From positions 248,001-312,000 of the forward strand of contig NW_026938483.1 of NCBI RefSeq assembly GCF_032062105.1: a DNA stretch of 64,000 nucleotides, given 5' to 3'. The notes below the pieces were generated by a model. The model was not told where the DNA came from. It made no database searches and worked only from the letters and a program-made list of their open reading frames with translations. This DNA is from Saccostrea cucullata. Its lineage: Eukaryota. Position numbers and translations under genes: made by a program. Shown in pieces: positions 37,051 through 50,957 of this stretch (position 1 is the first letter of the stretch; every line of letters begins with the position of its first letter).

Positions 37051-38568
37051 ACAGTGGTATAACCGGCAACGTTAAGGATCAAGTCCTGCTCCCTTTAATT
37101 TGCAAGTTCTTCTTAAATCTAAAAGCAAATTTAATCTTAACAATCCTGGTGGGATCAGCTGCCTTTGAGGAGAAAACATGCGTTCGATTGTCCTTATCAA
37201 GGCTACCATCCCACCCGCCAAGGTCAGACAAAGAGTACATTTTGATAACATGTGGTACATGTATATATAACACAGTCCTTTGATGAAGAACACTAAACTC
37301 GTTCATATACAAGATAAAGTGAACAATATGCAAATAAAACTGATAACTGCGATTTATTATATTTGAGGTACTCTTGCAAAACCAGGTGAATATTTACAAT
37401 ACGCTACAATGTTATTTCAAATGTACAATATATGTGAATTCATTTTTTGTTTTGGTATACTATAAATCAAAAACAGTTTCCTTTATTTTTATGATAACCT
37501 TATAAAAGCATTTTAAATTTGAACATATAAGATTCGGCAATGAACGACCTCGAAAAAAAAGAGTGATCTAAGAATTAATAAACAGATGAAATGTAGGGAG
37601 ATAAAATAGTTTTGTAAAGAGTGCATAAAATAGGGACCCGTGGAAACTCCAGTGACGATATAAAGTGCCTAGGAGGAGTAAGCAGCCGTGTAGATCATAC
37701 GCATTATCAAATAACAGAACAATTTATAATAGTCAAATTCAGTATGAAAACAAAGGTTTTTACAATTCGTATGAAACAAGTCAGCAAAAATACGACCTGA
37801 TGAAAAGCTAAAGTTTGCTAACATGGTCATTATATCGACCATAGAATCAACTATATGCCGATTTTATTTTTTTTTTCAATCCATGTATTATCAATTCTTT
37901 TGTCAGTAGCCTGCCTCTGTTTAAATTGATTGTACTCGGAGCATGCGCTTTAGTCATGAATAAGATGGAAGATTTAAACACCATATGCAGCGGGATATTT
38001 CAACATAAATGTGAAAAGTTAACGATGAAAAATGTAAAAATGTTTCACATCTGAAATTCACAATGTTTTACCAAATCAACACAAAAACTTTCCAAAAATT
38101 CAACTTTATACAAAACCATTCCCTGCGATGAATTTATGTCCAGACGTTTTTGTTATCATTGACAGCTGCTTTTTCAATAAAATTGGAATTCGTATTTAAT
38201 TACTTTGTCATTGGTCGTTTGCAAAATTATTTTGTAAAAAAAAATAATTGTACACACAACTAATTTGAAGTTAATATTGTTTCTCATTGACAATGTGTAA
38301 TCATCTATGTGATGTTTGGAGACCAGGTCTTCCACATTCTATTGGAAATCCCAATGGTACCATTTGCGCCCCTTTATAAACATACCTATTTTTGTATTTA
38401 TAAGAAAAAAATCACGAAGCACAAGTTCTTCTCAAATGAAACTTTAATCCAAGATGATTTTTAACATTGCATGTTCATAAAAGAGGTGTTATAGCCAATC
38501 AGATGCCCTCTGACAAAAGAAAAACTAGTCATTGTGTTCTGTTTTTAATAGTAGCAACCATATATCCT

Positions 38569-41500
38569 TTAACTGTATTTCACGAATATGGCCATTACAT
38601 CAGCAATACCAACACCTAAAAAAAAATGCAAGACATATTATGGATATTATCGAATCAGCGAATCCAAGAGTAGCAACATGTGTTGTTATGCTTTAATCTA
38701 TACGAAAAAGGTCATAACATTTCTAATGTTTTTTCTGATCGGGCATAAAAAAATCGATGTTGGACCGCTGAGTGAGATGTTGAGTCGATCAATGAGATGT
38801 TGGACCGCTTTCGTCACAGAATGGGCGGAGCTTAATAAACTCGTTTTTATCCGTTGAAGTTCAACAGTGAGGGGCTCCGTTAATGTAGCCCTTTCCTTTG
38901 GGGGGGGGGGGGCTAAACAAAACATCAGATTAAAAAATCGGACAGGGCTACATTATTGCAGCTAGTGAGGGGCCTGAGTTTACATCGCGGAAGGAAGTAC
39001 AAAATACACGTATGTCAAAAAACAATAATAATATGAAAAGTATAACAAAAATTTTATTGACAATGTTCGTGCGTTTTGTAGACCCTCGAACCAAACTGTC
39101 TCCCTTTGGCCTAACGGCCTTAGGCAAACGGTTTGGTTCTTGGGTTCGACAAGACGCATGTTCCCCTCGAACTCAGTCAATAAATGTATAATGAAGATTA
39201 GTTAATGTCAACCAATTAGCGAAATAAATGTCAGCTTATTTTAAAAGTTAAATAATTAAGATGTAAACGGCATTGGTCAAACTAATACCAAAGGTATAAA
39301 TCAACTATGTGTAAATGCCATCATATCATGAAGAGTTACCCCTAGCGGTTGTGATACAGGTGTTTACTTGTTCACGACACCTAATCCTTAATTGGACGAC
39401 TTCAGAAACCATGAGGTTTCTCTGCTTCTCTTGAAATACGAGTATTTAATTGACTCGTAACATTTCATCACTTAATGAAATACCTGCACAAATAATTGCT
39501 AATAGAACACATCAAAAAAACACATTTCTGAAGATTTTAACAGTAGTACTGTCGCGTAATTGTATTGGCATTGATAAAAATATTCAAGTTATAAAGTAAA
39601 CCACATCATTCATAACAGTATCTCTAGTAGATGTTTATTAAAATCTAATGCCTGTAAAGTAGCAGACAAAATACGATATACTAGAATTTTTAGTAATAAC
39701 ACATCAGCATAACAATACCAGAGTATTACATTTATTTAGTAAATGTATTGATATACATGTATTAATTATTATTAAAACAATATTTTTAGAGGAGACCCTT
39801 TTTATTTCATCAAAATATAAGGCTAAATGTTTAATGCTTCATTGTACTTATTTGACAATTTACAAAACTTTTTTACCCCTTGCAAAAATTATTAATAAAA
39901 GAAAAACATTATCAGTATCATTACATCATCAAAATCATTTAAATAGTGTAATACATGTACATGTAAATCATCATGTCAATTGATAAAATATTTCTTTTTT
40001 CTTATTTACTAGTATTGTTCAGGTATTTCCATCCTCCTATGATGCAAAAACTGTTATTAATTTAAATTCCTACCCAGTAGAACAATTTTTTTGAAAGAAT
40101 GCTTTTCAACAGGTGTAATAATAAATAATGTTAAGTAAAAGAACATAAAAATGTATATTTTCATTATTTAATCAATTATTCAATCTTTGAAAAATTGTGA
40201 CAAGGGCAATAACTCCCTCTCTTATATCTTCATTCAGACCTTTTCTTTATTGTCCTTTTAATGTAAAATAGTTTCCTTGATACAGTATATTCACATTTCT
40301 AAATCATCTTATAAGTAGCAAGTATTTTGGAACTCTTAGTATCAGTATTATGCATTTGAACCAGTTTTTACATAATATTTACAATACTATTTTAAAATAA
40401 TCTACGATTTTTTCATGTTGACATACTTTTCTGTTTATTTATGTCTCCCATCTTAAATAATAAGGCAATCTATAATTTTTGCGATAGTTGGTAAATTTAA
40501 ACTATAATAAATGAAAATAAATGCAGTTTTTGTACTTTGAGCGATTAAAATTGTGACGATGGAAAAACCTTAAATTCCAAAGTCACAAAATATGCTACTT
40601 TTTGGATGACTGATTTGTAATGTATTTTTAAAGAGTTTTAAACAACTCACCTGATCCATTTTGATAGACAACAGCATCATTTACAGTAGAGTACATAAAA
40701 GTAGGTTTGTTTGAGAGGTCATCCCATGATCCAGCACAGCAGACACCAGGTGGGTCAAGGGTCACAAACCACCCGGCGTCATTTTCGCATCCGCCATAAT
40801 TCCTCTGAATAAAAAAATTCCGCGCGCATGAGCCATGCCTGAAATGCACGCAACAAGATCAATCAGAAGCATACTTCGTAATAACAGAAGGGATAATTAC
40901 CTAAGACTTTTCAAAAAGTAGTATTATAGCTTTTAACGAACAGAGAAATTTGAGTAATCGAGTAAGGAGTCGTGGGGGGAGGGGGGGGGGTCAACAAATA
41001 AACCATCAGTTATAACTTTATTTTTTAAAGATATGATATCTTAACGACAACGGTCTTCCATACATACCTATATACGTCTCATTGGAAAAATAGCACTATC
41101 AGACAAACCCATACCGACCATACCATGCCAGATATACCTATACTAGCCTAAGAGGACATTGTACTACCAAACATTACACTGCCAATCTCTTGAGACAAAG
41201 ATATACCAAATAAATTCATTCCAAACATCCCATACTGACCATACCCATACCAAAAATACCTGTATTTATACCGATGTCAGGGGACATAGCACTATAAAAC
41301 ATCTATCAAACAAACCCGTACCGACCTAGGGGGGACATAATTCCTACTGGCTTAGGTAGACAAAGTTCTACTACACATACCCGTCCACTGAGAAGTAGAA
41401 GTACGTCATAGAGGAGTTCAATGTCGTCCAGGAACTGGACAGTAGACGCTCGGGTGACATCCAGCTTTTTATGTTTGATCCTTTCCCACTGAATGTTACA

Positions 41501-43204
41501 AAGGCCACTCTAGATCCGCCAGTGTACAATTCTAAATGTACCTTCAATAAAAATGACATTTCACAGGCTATACCACATCGTGGGTATTTTCAGAAACTAT
41601 AGGTACTGGTGCAATATAATCTTGGAAAGAATATCATTACCGTCTTCCTTGGAAGACGGTATTATATAGTTGAAGTTTTTTACAGTTCTTCGGACTATGC
41701 ACTTCCTCTTTTGTGATTGGTAGAAATTGCATGATGTGAAAATTTTCAATTATTTCATTGGTTGAAATGCTGTTCAGGGCAAGGGAGATAACTTTCTGAT
41801 GATCTAATTTTCGTACGACTTAACAATTTTGCAAGATTTTCAATCTTAAAAAAATGACAAAACGAAGAACAAAATCAGCAGCAATTAATTCTAAATGACA
41901 TGCTATTTTTTTAATAGCAATAATCAAAAAGGTCTCATATTTCATTATAAGTAAAATATGATTTTTATTGCTTGCAGGGTTTACAATTTGTTATTATTCT
42001 TTTTCCCTTTCTTGTTTGAAGAAGGTAACGGAATCAGCCGAGGTGAACCGAAAGCTCTCGGCCAGTCAAAGTTTACGGAGATGACCGAGCGACAACCGCG
42101 GTAGGGCAAATGCCAGTAAAAAGCTAATTTAGAAATACAAAATCAAGAAAAAAATGACAAGGCCTGATAGGTAGATCAGTTTACTGTTTAAGATTGTTGC
42201 TAAAGACGGTAAGCTTTTTTTTAAAAAGCTCTACTTGTACAGTGTAGACCATTTGACACGATACCAAGGTAGAGCATAAACACCAAATAAAATACACATG
42301 ATTAAAGGTTATGTATTACACCTCACTTCTAAAATGGACAATCTCTCCCAGAAGTCCACCTTTGGGTTCCGGTAGTGTGTTGCACATGCTCTAGATGTCA
42401 TGGAGTTACAGGTATCTTGGGAGGGTGTTGAGGTGTTTGTTCCTAACCACGTGTCTTTGACGCCCACTCCGTTCCCTGCTGTACCACGAAGCATTAACTC
42501 TCTGTCCAAGACTTAAAAAAAGTTAATGATTGATGTCATCTTAATTAAGTGTTGGTCGAATTCAAGTTTCTTGGTAAAAAATTAGTTGATAAATGAAACA
42601 AAACTATTCAATAATTCTTTCAGACTATTTGAGGTGTTCATAGAAATTTCTAGGAGGTGACTTTAACTTACTAACATTCTATACGCCAAAAAGTGATTTG
42701 ACTTTTATTGATTTAAAGATGTAATAAGTGTAAACCCTTTCATTTTAAAGGAGATTTTATTGTGTGTAATGTACTTAAAATCAAATCAGGTGAACAAAAA
42801 CTTTCTGAGCTTAGTTGAATACTTCGTTAATTAAAAGCAAATGAAATTTCTAAATAAAATGTCTAAATTCACCCAATCATTTCCAAGCACATACCATTTG
42901 GTCTGAAGTAAAGTGTCCATGTTTCGTTCCGATCTATAATCTGACCGATTCCTTGTGGTCCAGGGGTATTTATCTCACAAACTCGGTCATTCTCGTGATA
43001 ATTCGCGCCGTAACAATCCTCATACGCTACACAACTGATACAACACTCAGTACTATCAGTGCTTTGATCCTGGGACAAAATCACGGTGGGATTTCGTATC
43101 CTAAGTCCGTGAAATGTCTTAAATAGACCGGCGTTTTGTGGGATACTGATAGGTATAAGTATAAATATGCATACTGTAAACACCCCCAAGTGATCCTTTC
43201 TCAT
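38569..43204 (-). CDS. Secreted PAN/apple-domain + uncharacterised Cys/Trp-rich domain protein, copy C (complete, 5 exons)
   Basis: Exons 43204-42895, 42511-42327, 41541-41381, 40838-40651, 38615-38569, phases 1/0/2/1. Signal peptide; PAN Cys pattern CCISCVAYEDC..CEIN; then LRGTAG, HYRN, SSSW, RNYGGCENDAGWFV, ADVMAIFVK. Confidence 0.85.
41634..42238 (+). mobile_element. Helentron/HINE-like element in an intron
   Basis: 5' palindrome ACCGTCTTCCTTGGAAGACGGT; 3' AGACGGTAA followed by an AGCTTTTT..AAAAAGCT hairpin and CTTGT. Confidence 0.6.
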
Positions 43205-43892
43205 TATATCCAATATAAACCTTTCATAACAGGTTTAAAAGAATACGCTCTCAGGGAACACTCAATGACATTCGCCTGGATTTGTTTTCCAGTGGAATTA
43301 TGTCATAACCTATAACTGTTAATTCTTACTGTGTGTTTCCAAACTAAAAATTTACTCGAATATCTGTACAAAAGGCTGGTAATTCCTATATTTGTCTGAG
43401 TCTGAAACCAAATGTAAGATAAATATTGACTCTGGGACATTCAACGCCTCATCATAGAGAATATTAACCATACAATCTACTTTGGTTTATTGTCTTCACA
43501 TCAAAGATTTTCGATTTATTGATATTATTATCATGCATTCTGGGTTCTATTTGAAAGCTGTTTAAAATGAGAGATAAATTTTCATAGTTTTGACATTACT
43601 GTACTGGATTAAACCGAACTTAGATACAGTTGAATTTTGGTATGTCGAACGCTGACATCTCGAATACCATGGATATATATGTCAAAATAATCTAGAAGTC
43701 CCAAACACTTATTCTTCAAGTATTTTAATCTTGAGAATTATATCCTGAATTATCGGATAATTCTATCTATGTATTTATAATAATATAATTTTTTTTCTCG
43801 AACCCCATCGAAACAAATTTCTATTTTACATGATTTTTAGTCACTGTCTCGGTTTACAAATTGGCTTTTTATATAAAAATCTTACGTCAAGA

Positions 43893-44084
43893 CACAGGCA
43901 CCTAACGTTACTTATTTTTCTTTTAAGGTAATTCCACCCTCCTATGATGTCATAGGTTTTTGCAAAAACTGTAATTAGTTACTTATTTTTCTTTTAATAA
44001 AAAAATATACACCTAACTCATAATAAACATTAGATAGATGTATATTTTTATTAAAAGAAAAATAAGTAACGTCAGGTGCCTGTG
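43893..44084. mobile_element. MITE with ~34-bp TIRs and 8-bp TSD (P/hAT-type)
   Basis: CACAGGCACCTAACGTTACTTATTTTTCTTTTAA inverted at both ends; flanks CGTCAAGA / GGTCAAGA. Confidence 0.8.
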
Positions 44085-44735
44085 GGTCAAGATTATATTT
44101 CAGAGTTCAATGTCAATAGAGGAAGAGAAGACTAAAGTGAATCAAGCTAGAAATTTCCGTACATTCGACTTGGATGAATTTGAACCAAAGCAATCTATAT
44201 CTCAGTCTGATAGTTCTAATATGTGTGATGATCTTATAAATACATAATACAAGGCTGATGTCAAAGCTTACTGACATTTTAAAATCATGTGGTGGAATGT
44301 TTTTTATTAACATTTTAGTTGTTAGATAAATTTGCCAGGCCTTTTGTTAGCTCATCTGATATAAAAATTATTTTATATTTGTGCTATGTCACTTAGTTAA
44401 ATAAATCAGCCTGGTCGAGGAATGAAAATTACAAAGTGAGGAATATTCCCCTTTTTGGTAAACAAAGAAAACCATTTTAATATGACAAATCAATTGATTT
44501 TTTTTTAAATTTCAGTGATACTTGGATGAGGCAATGACATGCTATATAGACCGGTCACCAACAATAACACTTACTGTCTTTTACAGTTAATCAATACCCA
44601 CCAAAGCAAATCAGGAAATGTATACTTTTACATTGGTAAATATGTTTAACGAATCTGTACATGTTTCCGTTCAATCTTCTCTTTCATTCAAAATCTTGAT
44701 GGATATCCATTGCGATGACGTCCCAGACTCTAGGT

Positions 44736-47412
44736 TTATGAATTCTTTTTAATGAAGATTGCCATAACATCAGCAAAATCAACGTCTGTAGAACAAACAA
44801 AAAAAAAGTGGAAATAGGTAAATGCAAAATAAAAGAAAAGCAAAGGTCAACAATATATTATATAGATATCGGTATTTTTAATTAATTTATTGACAGTCTC
44901 GGTGCTTTTAAGGATATAAAATGCTACGAAATTACTTTTTTTTTTACAGCTTTTTTTTCGTGGAATGAAGAGACAGATAAATTCGTGTTCTTGTCAAAAT
45001 ATTTTACACACTTCGACTACGAGACCATATTTTCTACGAAACATCCTTTATCCTTTACTTTGTCCTTTATACTTTATCCGAAAAAAAAAATTCCAGAGAT
45101 TAAGGGTCTCTTTTCAGGATTTTGCATTTATATAGAGACAATACCCCGATCAAGGGTTAAATCTAGTCCTGAACTCCTTATTGAGGGTCATTGAGCAGGG
45201 AGGGATCTCTATATGCCAATTCCTGCCGTGACACTTCAAATTCCCGAGCGCTTGGCGAAAGAACAGTTGCTACCAATTTTTCGACCAATGTTTCTTTAAC
45301 CAACACGGAGTGAGCACTCTACCGACCTAGCTATCGTGTCGGTCTATGAAAAGGAGGAAAAGTTACATTATAAGTACGAAGAATATCATTGTACCTGAGC
45401 TCTGAAATGTGGCTAGGTCATCCAGTGTGGAATACAGGAATCGAGGTTTGTTTATGAGGTCATCCCATGAGGCTGGGCAGCATCCAGAGCTTCTGGGGTC
45501 TAGTACTGTAAACCACCCTGCATCAGAAGGGCACCCTCCCAAGTTATTCAGAATAAAAAAAACCCTCGAACATGGCGCTTCCCTAGATGAGGAATTAAAT
45601 GTTCAAGATTTCAGTCTTAATTAAAATTTATTAAAATGAATTAGCATTGATTCTAGAATTTAGAAGCGGAAAATGGCCTTAGCTCTTGGCAACTCTTGGT
45701 GAACATCAAATAATCAAAGTTGCAATTTATTTTATAGTGATATAATTAACTTAATCCTTATAACATTGCATTGTAAAATATTGAAAAATGGGATGCTTTT
45801 GCTTCAATTGTTAATACATTTGTATGAGCATGTATATAAATTTATTGTTGCAGACAAAAAATAAAGATAAGATTTGTCATATTTTAATCCTCTCATTTTT
45901 CTTCTTGTGCGAAACTTGGTTTTAATGAGCACGTGACATTTTACCCACCCCTCTAATGAGAATATCAGATATTGTCTGTCTGGGGTGAGAGACTTCCATA
46001 TGCTGGACAGAACCCGAGAGGGCGACATCCAACTCTCACGATCCGAATGTGTCCCGTTGAATGTGACAAATGCCACCCTAGATCCACTTTTGTATAGTTC
46101 TATTGTCACCTTTTCAGATAAAAAAAAAAAAGTGTGTAAGTGTTTTTAACATTTCTCCCTAATTCAGCATCTTTTTAGTGATTGCGAGGGGCTTGAAATA
46201 GATTATAGTTTACACAGCTGCAGACGTTTAGAAATGTACAGGTTCACCTCTAGAAACACCCCAAAAGCATGAAATATATAGAGAGAGTATTCAAAATCAA
46301 AAGTCCATTGAACAATACAAGTTATTGAGCAGAGCAAACACCGACCTCTGAAACATCAGAGGTGAGATCAGGTGCCATGGAGGAGTGAGCATCCCCTGCC
46401 GATCGGTCACACCTGCCTTGTGCTTCCTGTCGTAAGCTGAAATTAACTTGAAGGGAAAAATCCGTCGAAAATTCTGTGTGTACAAAATTGGCTTATCAAT
46501 AAACTTAAGTATAAAAATGTGTTTTTAACTATGCAGCAACATCGAAAAATTGCATATAGGTCACAGTCAAGGACAAGGTCATGACCTTGGTGAAATTTGA
46601 AAGAACTTAATTAGTTAGCCGAGTCTCTCTCATAAAAGATGGTGAAGGTTAAAGACAACAGACAATGCAGTGACAGGACAAAAACAATATCGATCTACAG
46701 GGCGCATAAAAATGTCAGTCACTTTTTGCTGACAAGGTCTCTTCTTGATCAGACAATGGTGTGACAAATAGTTTTGATTTGATTAAATGGTTCGTTTGGA
46801 TATGCTTACAGTTTGGATTATTCAAATGGACTTTGAGCATAATCATTTTTTTCTTCAAATTACATTTCAGACAAAATGATATTTTTCTTCTACTTTGTCT
46901 GAACTCAGTCTTCTTTGAACAAGCATACATGTAAACACTAAAAGATACATGTTTAAAAGGCATTGCAAACACAATCGATTCAGACAGAAAACCATTCAGT
47001 CAATGTTTACTTTAAAAAGAAATTATTTTTTATAACGACCAAATCAAAGTTGTTTTTATCATTATGAAATTCTATTGTTTGAATTTTTTCCAATAACTAT
47101 GGTCCTAAATTGGCAAAAATTTACTCTGTGAGTGGATCGAACATACATTCAGTTCTATATAGAAAGCAAATTATTTTCAAAATCACTGAATATCAATATC
47201 CTTGCTTTGTGATATCCTCTTGTTTACCTCTGATATTGAGAGTGCACTCCAAACATCGATTCTAGAATTGCGGTAGTGAGTGCTGCATACTCCGGTTGCC
47301 ATGGAGATACATGTGTCCTGTACCGGTGCAGGGGGGACTGTTCCCAGCCATGTATCTCTGACACTTACTCCAATCCCGGAAGTCGCCCGGAGCATCAATT
47401 CACGATCCTCAG
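44736..47412 (-). CDS. Paralog copy B of the PAN-associated domain gene: exons 2-5 intact, no own exon 1 found
   Basis: Exons 47412-47228, 46109-45949, 45582-45395, 44785-44736. Same lengths (185/161/188 nt) and phases as copy C; no stops. Confidence 0.75.
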
Positions 47413-48109
47413 CTAGGGATGGCATGTAATGGCAAAATCATATATTTCATTTTTATATATATATTTTCAATATTTTTATTTCTGTCTGTACAATTATTCA
47501 AAACGCTTGGATTTAAGTTTTAATATTTTTAATAAATTTAATGCAATATAAATGTGATATTATACAGAAAATTTGAGGAAAATGTTAACATCAAGTTTGA
47601 TAATGTATGCTGTTGCAAGTTACGATATTTAATCCAAATTTTGTCAAACTGATAATTTTTCAATTTGAATATCCATTTCATCATTTATTATAAAAACACC
47701 CATAAAAGACATATCTTTGCATATTAATTTTCTACAACATGTGTTTTCGCACATACCTCTAAAATATCAACAGCCAAAATTGAACATAAAAAAGTGTGAT
47801 ATCATATTTCTCTTAGTTATGCACCAAATCACATCAAATTTATGTTAAAACTTATGAAGATCAAAAATATTCATTTGCCAGGAGAATATTTGAAATCTTT
47901 ACTGCAAAACATTAACAAATTGGTGTTGAATCTGTCCATGTCTTTCAGAAAAAAATCTCAAAATATCTTTATTCTTTATAATTCTGGAAAATCTAAAATG
48001 TATAAGATGGAAATTTTGTTCTTTAATTATATCGATGTTAACAAAAACAGCTACTTTATTATGGTTGACCAGAGAATTTTAACAAAACAGTCTTTTGAAA
48101 AGAAATTTT

Positions 48110-48410
48110 TACACAGGCAATAGCCAATATGATTCTCATACAATTAATTTTTAGAATCGAAAAATATTGTGAAATTGAAGCAAATCATATGATTCACATA
48201 TGATCCACATATGTGAATCATATGAAAATAATTACATATGATTTGCATATGAATGATTTAAGTGTGTTTCAAGCCATTTACATATGAGAATCATATGAAA
48301 AGGGCATCATATGTAAATCATATGAAACACTTATGTGTGTTTCAAGCCATTTACATATGAGAATCATATGAAAGGGGCATCATATGTAAATCATATGAAA
48401 CATTTATGTG
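48110..48410. repeat. CATATG-rich subterminal repeat block, related to the 18759-19083 element
   Basis: Starts ACACAGGCAA; ~68-bp duplicated unit and many ATCATATGA palindromes. Confidence 0.5.
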
Positions 48411-49486
48411 TATATTATTTCAATATTTTTCACATTATTGCACACATTTAAAAATCAGATATTTCTGCTTTAGATGAAAATTCATTACATTACAATGATC
48501 TTTCTTCATTGGTTAAATATTTTAAAATATCTTATAATGCTTACACAACTTTTTTGATAAATTAATCATAAAATTATTTTCATCAAGAGAAATAGAGAAA
48601 TAACTTATTTTTCACAGTGTACATTCTTAACAAGAAAATACTGAGTATACAAACAAGTCAGTAGCATTTGTCAATACATGTATTTAACATATTCTAAAAT
48701 GAGTACAAATTCTAAGATTTCAGCAAAATGATTAAGTAGTTAAACATGTATACATTTACAAATGAATAAAATAATTAGGTCATGTACTTGTATAAAAATA
48801 CCAAATGACATGAAAGTGTCCACAGCAAAATTGAAATATCAGCAATAACATTTGTCGTGTATTCTATATTGTAAATTTATGGAAAAATCAAGTTATTTGA
48901 TATTTTAGCATACAGATAAGAATGGGAAATCTTTACAAGTCAAATTCAGACAAGATTATGTACATCCTCCACATTTCATAATTATTCCACATATTTCCAG
49001 GTTCTTTTTCCTTCTGTATCTTTTCAATATTTTCAGTTGTCCTCCCTCTGATCTGACCATTTTGAAAATCTCTTTGAACTGTACCAAAAATGCATATCCA
49101 CCAGTTCTCCCCTTCCTGAACAATTTCTTTGTGGCACAGAACTTGCATGAACTTGATTTTATTTTTAATCAGTATTTCACACAGTTCAAAGATTTACTAG
49201 TAGTTTCTATTGAATTCATTATCTTCTACCTTTAATATTCAAATTTATATTCTGGTCTTTTTCATCCTAGTGGACAAGAACCTGTTATAACCCTTATTAC
49301 AGAAAGGCGAGAGAACCCAAATAATTTCATAGGAATAAGCTGTTGTGTTTTTTTTTTTATTACAAGTTAAGTTGTTTACATGAGATAACGAACAGCAATG
49401 AAAAGTCCATTCAAGAGTAAACAAGGATCTACAAGGCGACAAAGAAGGAATCATTTACAGAAATATACAAGTATAAATAATGGTAA

Positions 49487-50226
49487 AAACAAGATGTGTT
49501 TGTGAAACACTATGCACCCGGCGGCAACAAAGTTCGAAAAAAGCTATTTTTAGCATATAGGTCAATGTCAATGTCACAAGGTCATTGACATTGGTTTCAT
49601 TTGAAAGAACATGATTAGTGGAGTATGCATGCCAGATACGAAGTCTTTATCTCCTATGGTTCAAAAGTTATGGTGAAAGTTCAAACAAGCTATTTTTAGC
49701 ATAAACACTGTAGGTCACAGTCAAGGTCACAAGGTAATTGACCTTGGTGTCATTTGAAAGGGCTTAATGAGTGAAGTAGGAATGGCACATATGAAGTCTC
49801 TATCTTTCATGGTTCAAAAGTTATGGCGAAGGTTAAAGTTTGAAGAAAAAAATGCTTTTTTAGCTTATTAGTCACAGTCAAGGTCACAAAGTCATTCACA
49901 TTGGTATCATTGGAAAGAGCTTAATTAGTAGAGTTTGCATACCAAATATGAAGTCTCTATCTTTCATGGTTCAAAAGTTATGGCAAAGGTTAAAGTTGAT
50001 AGAAAAAGCTATTTTTAGCATATATGTCGCAATCAAGGTCACAAGGTCATTGACCTTGGTGTCATTTGGAAGAGCTTCATTAGTGAAGTATGCATACAAA
50101 TATGAAGTCTCTATCTTTCATGGCTCAAATGTTATGACGAAGGTTTAAGTTTGCACACAAACAGACAGACAGACAGGACAAAAACAATATATGCCCCGGA
50201 TCTATCGATCCAGGCGCATAAAAAAT
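49487..50226 (-). mobile_element. Helentron/HINE-like element carrying ~4 satellite-type units (~145 bp)
   Basis: GGTCACAGTCAAGGTCACAAGGTCATTGACCTTGGTGTCATTTGAAAG units, (ACAG)n, terminal GGATCTATCGATCC hairpin; truncated relative at 46555-46712. Confidence 0.7.
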
Positions 50227-50957
50227 GCATCTAAAAGTCATTATTCAACTTAGAGATACATGTACTGTGAATCACAAGTTTTCGTGTGGGTTAATTTTCG
50301 TTGTTTTCGAGGTATGAATTTAAGGGACCCACGAATTCATGTACACCATGAAATGTAAAATGTTGCATTATAATTATTCAAATTCTATGAAAGCAAATCC
50401 CCAAAAATCAAGAGTTTTTTTTCTTAAACTAAGAAAATTTGACCCCAAGAAAAAAAGTGATTTGACAGTAGTTTGTATTTGTCATAACTGCAACCGGCTA
50501 TGTACGATATCAGGGAAATTTCCGCACCCGTTTTATTTTCACCCCTTTCGCTCTTGTCACAAGGAGGCTAATTTAAAACGAGGCGAATTCAAAGAACACA
50601 ATATATAAATTCTTTAACAGAACTGTGACTGGGCGAATTTAAAACGGGGCAGATTTGTATGCAAGTGTATAGGGCGAAACTTGGCGATAGAAAATTCAAC
50701 ACAGTTTTTACTTGTTTTTTAATACAGTAGTACTTTGAATTTAATTACATTAATATCGCTTATATTTTTTAACATTTTGTTTAATTCTCATTTCAATCGT
50801 ATTCTTCTCCAGTGAGTGGGTTATGAGAATCTTATTTCGTATTTCTATGGTAATATAAATAAAAAAAAAACAAGGTTGAGCTAATTTTAGGAAACTTCAG
50901 CATGCTTTATTTTCTCGAGATATGAGATTCTGGTTGTCATGAAACAGACAGGGCTCA

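Noticed and set aside
38690-39192. Possible Crypton-type non-autonomous element
   Set aside because: An internal hairpin is visible, but ends and family could not be defined from this window
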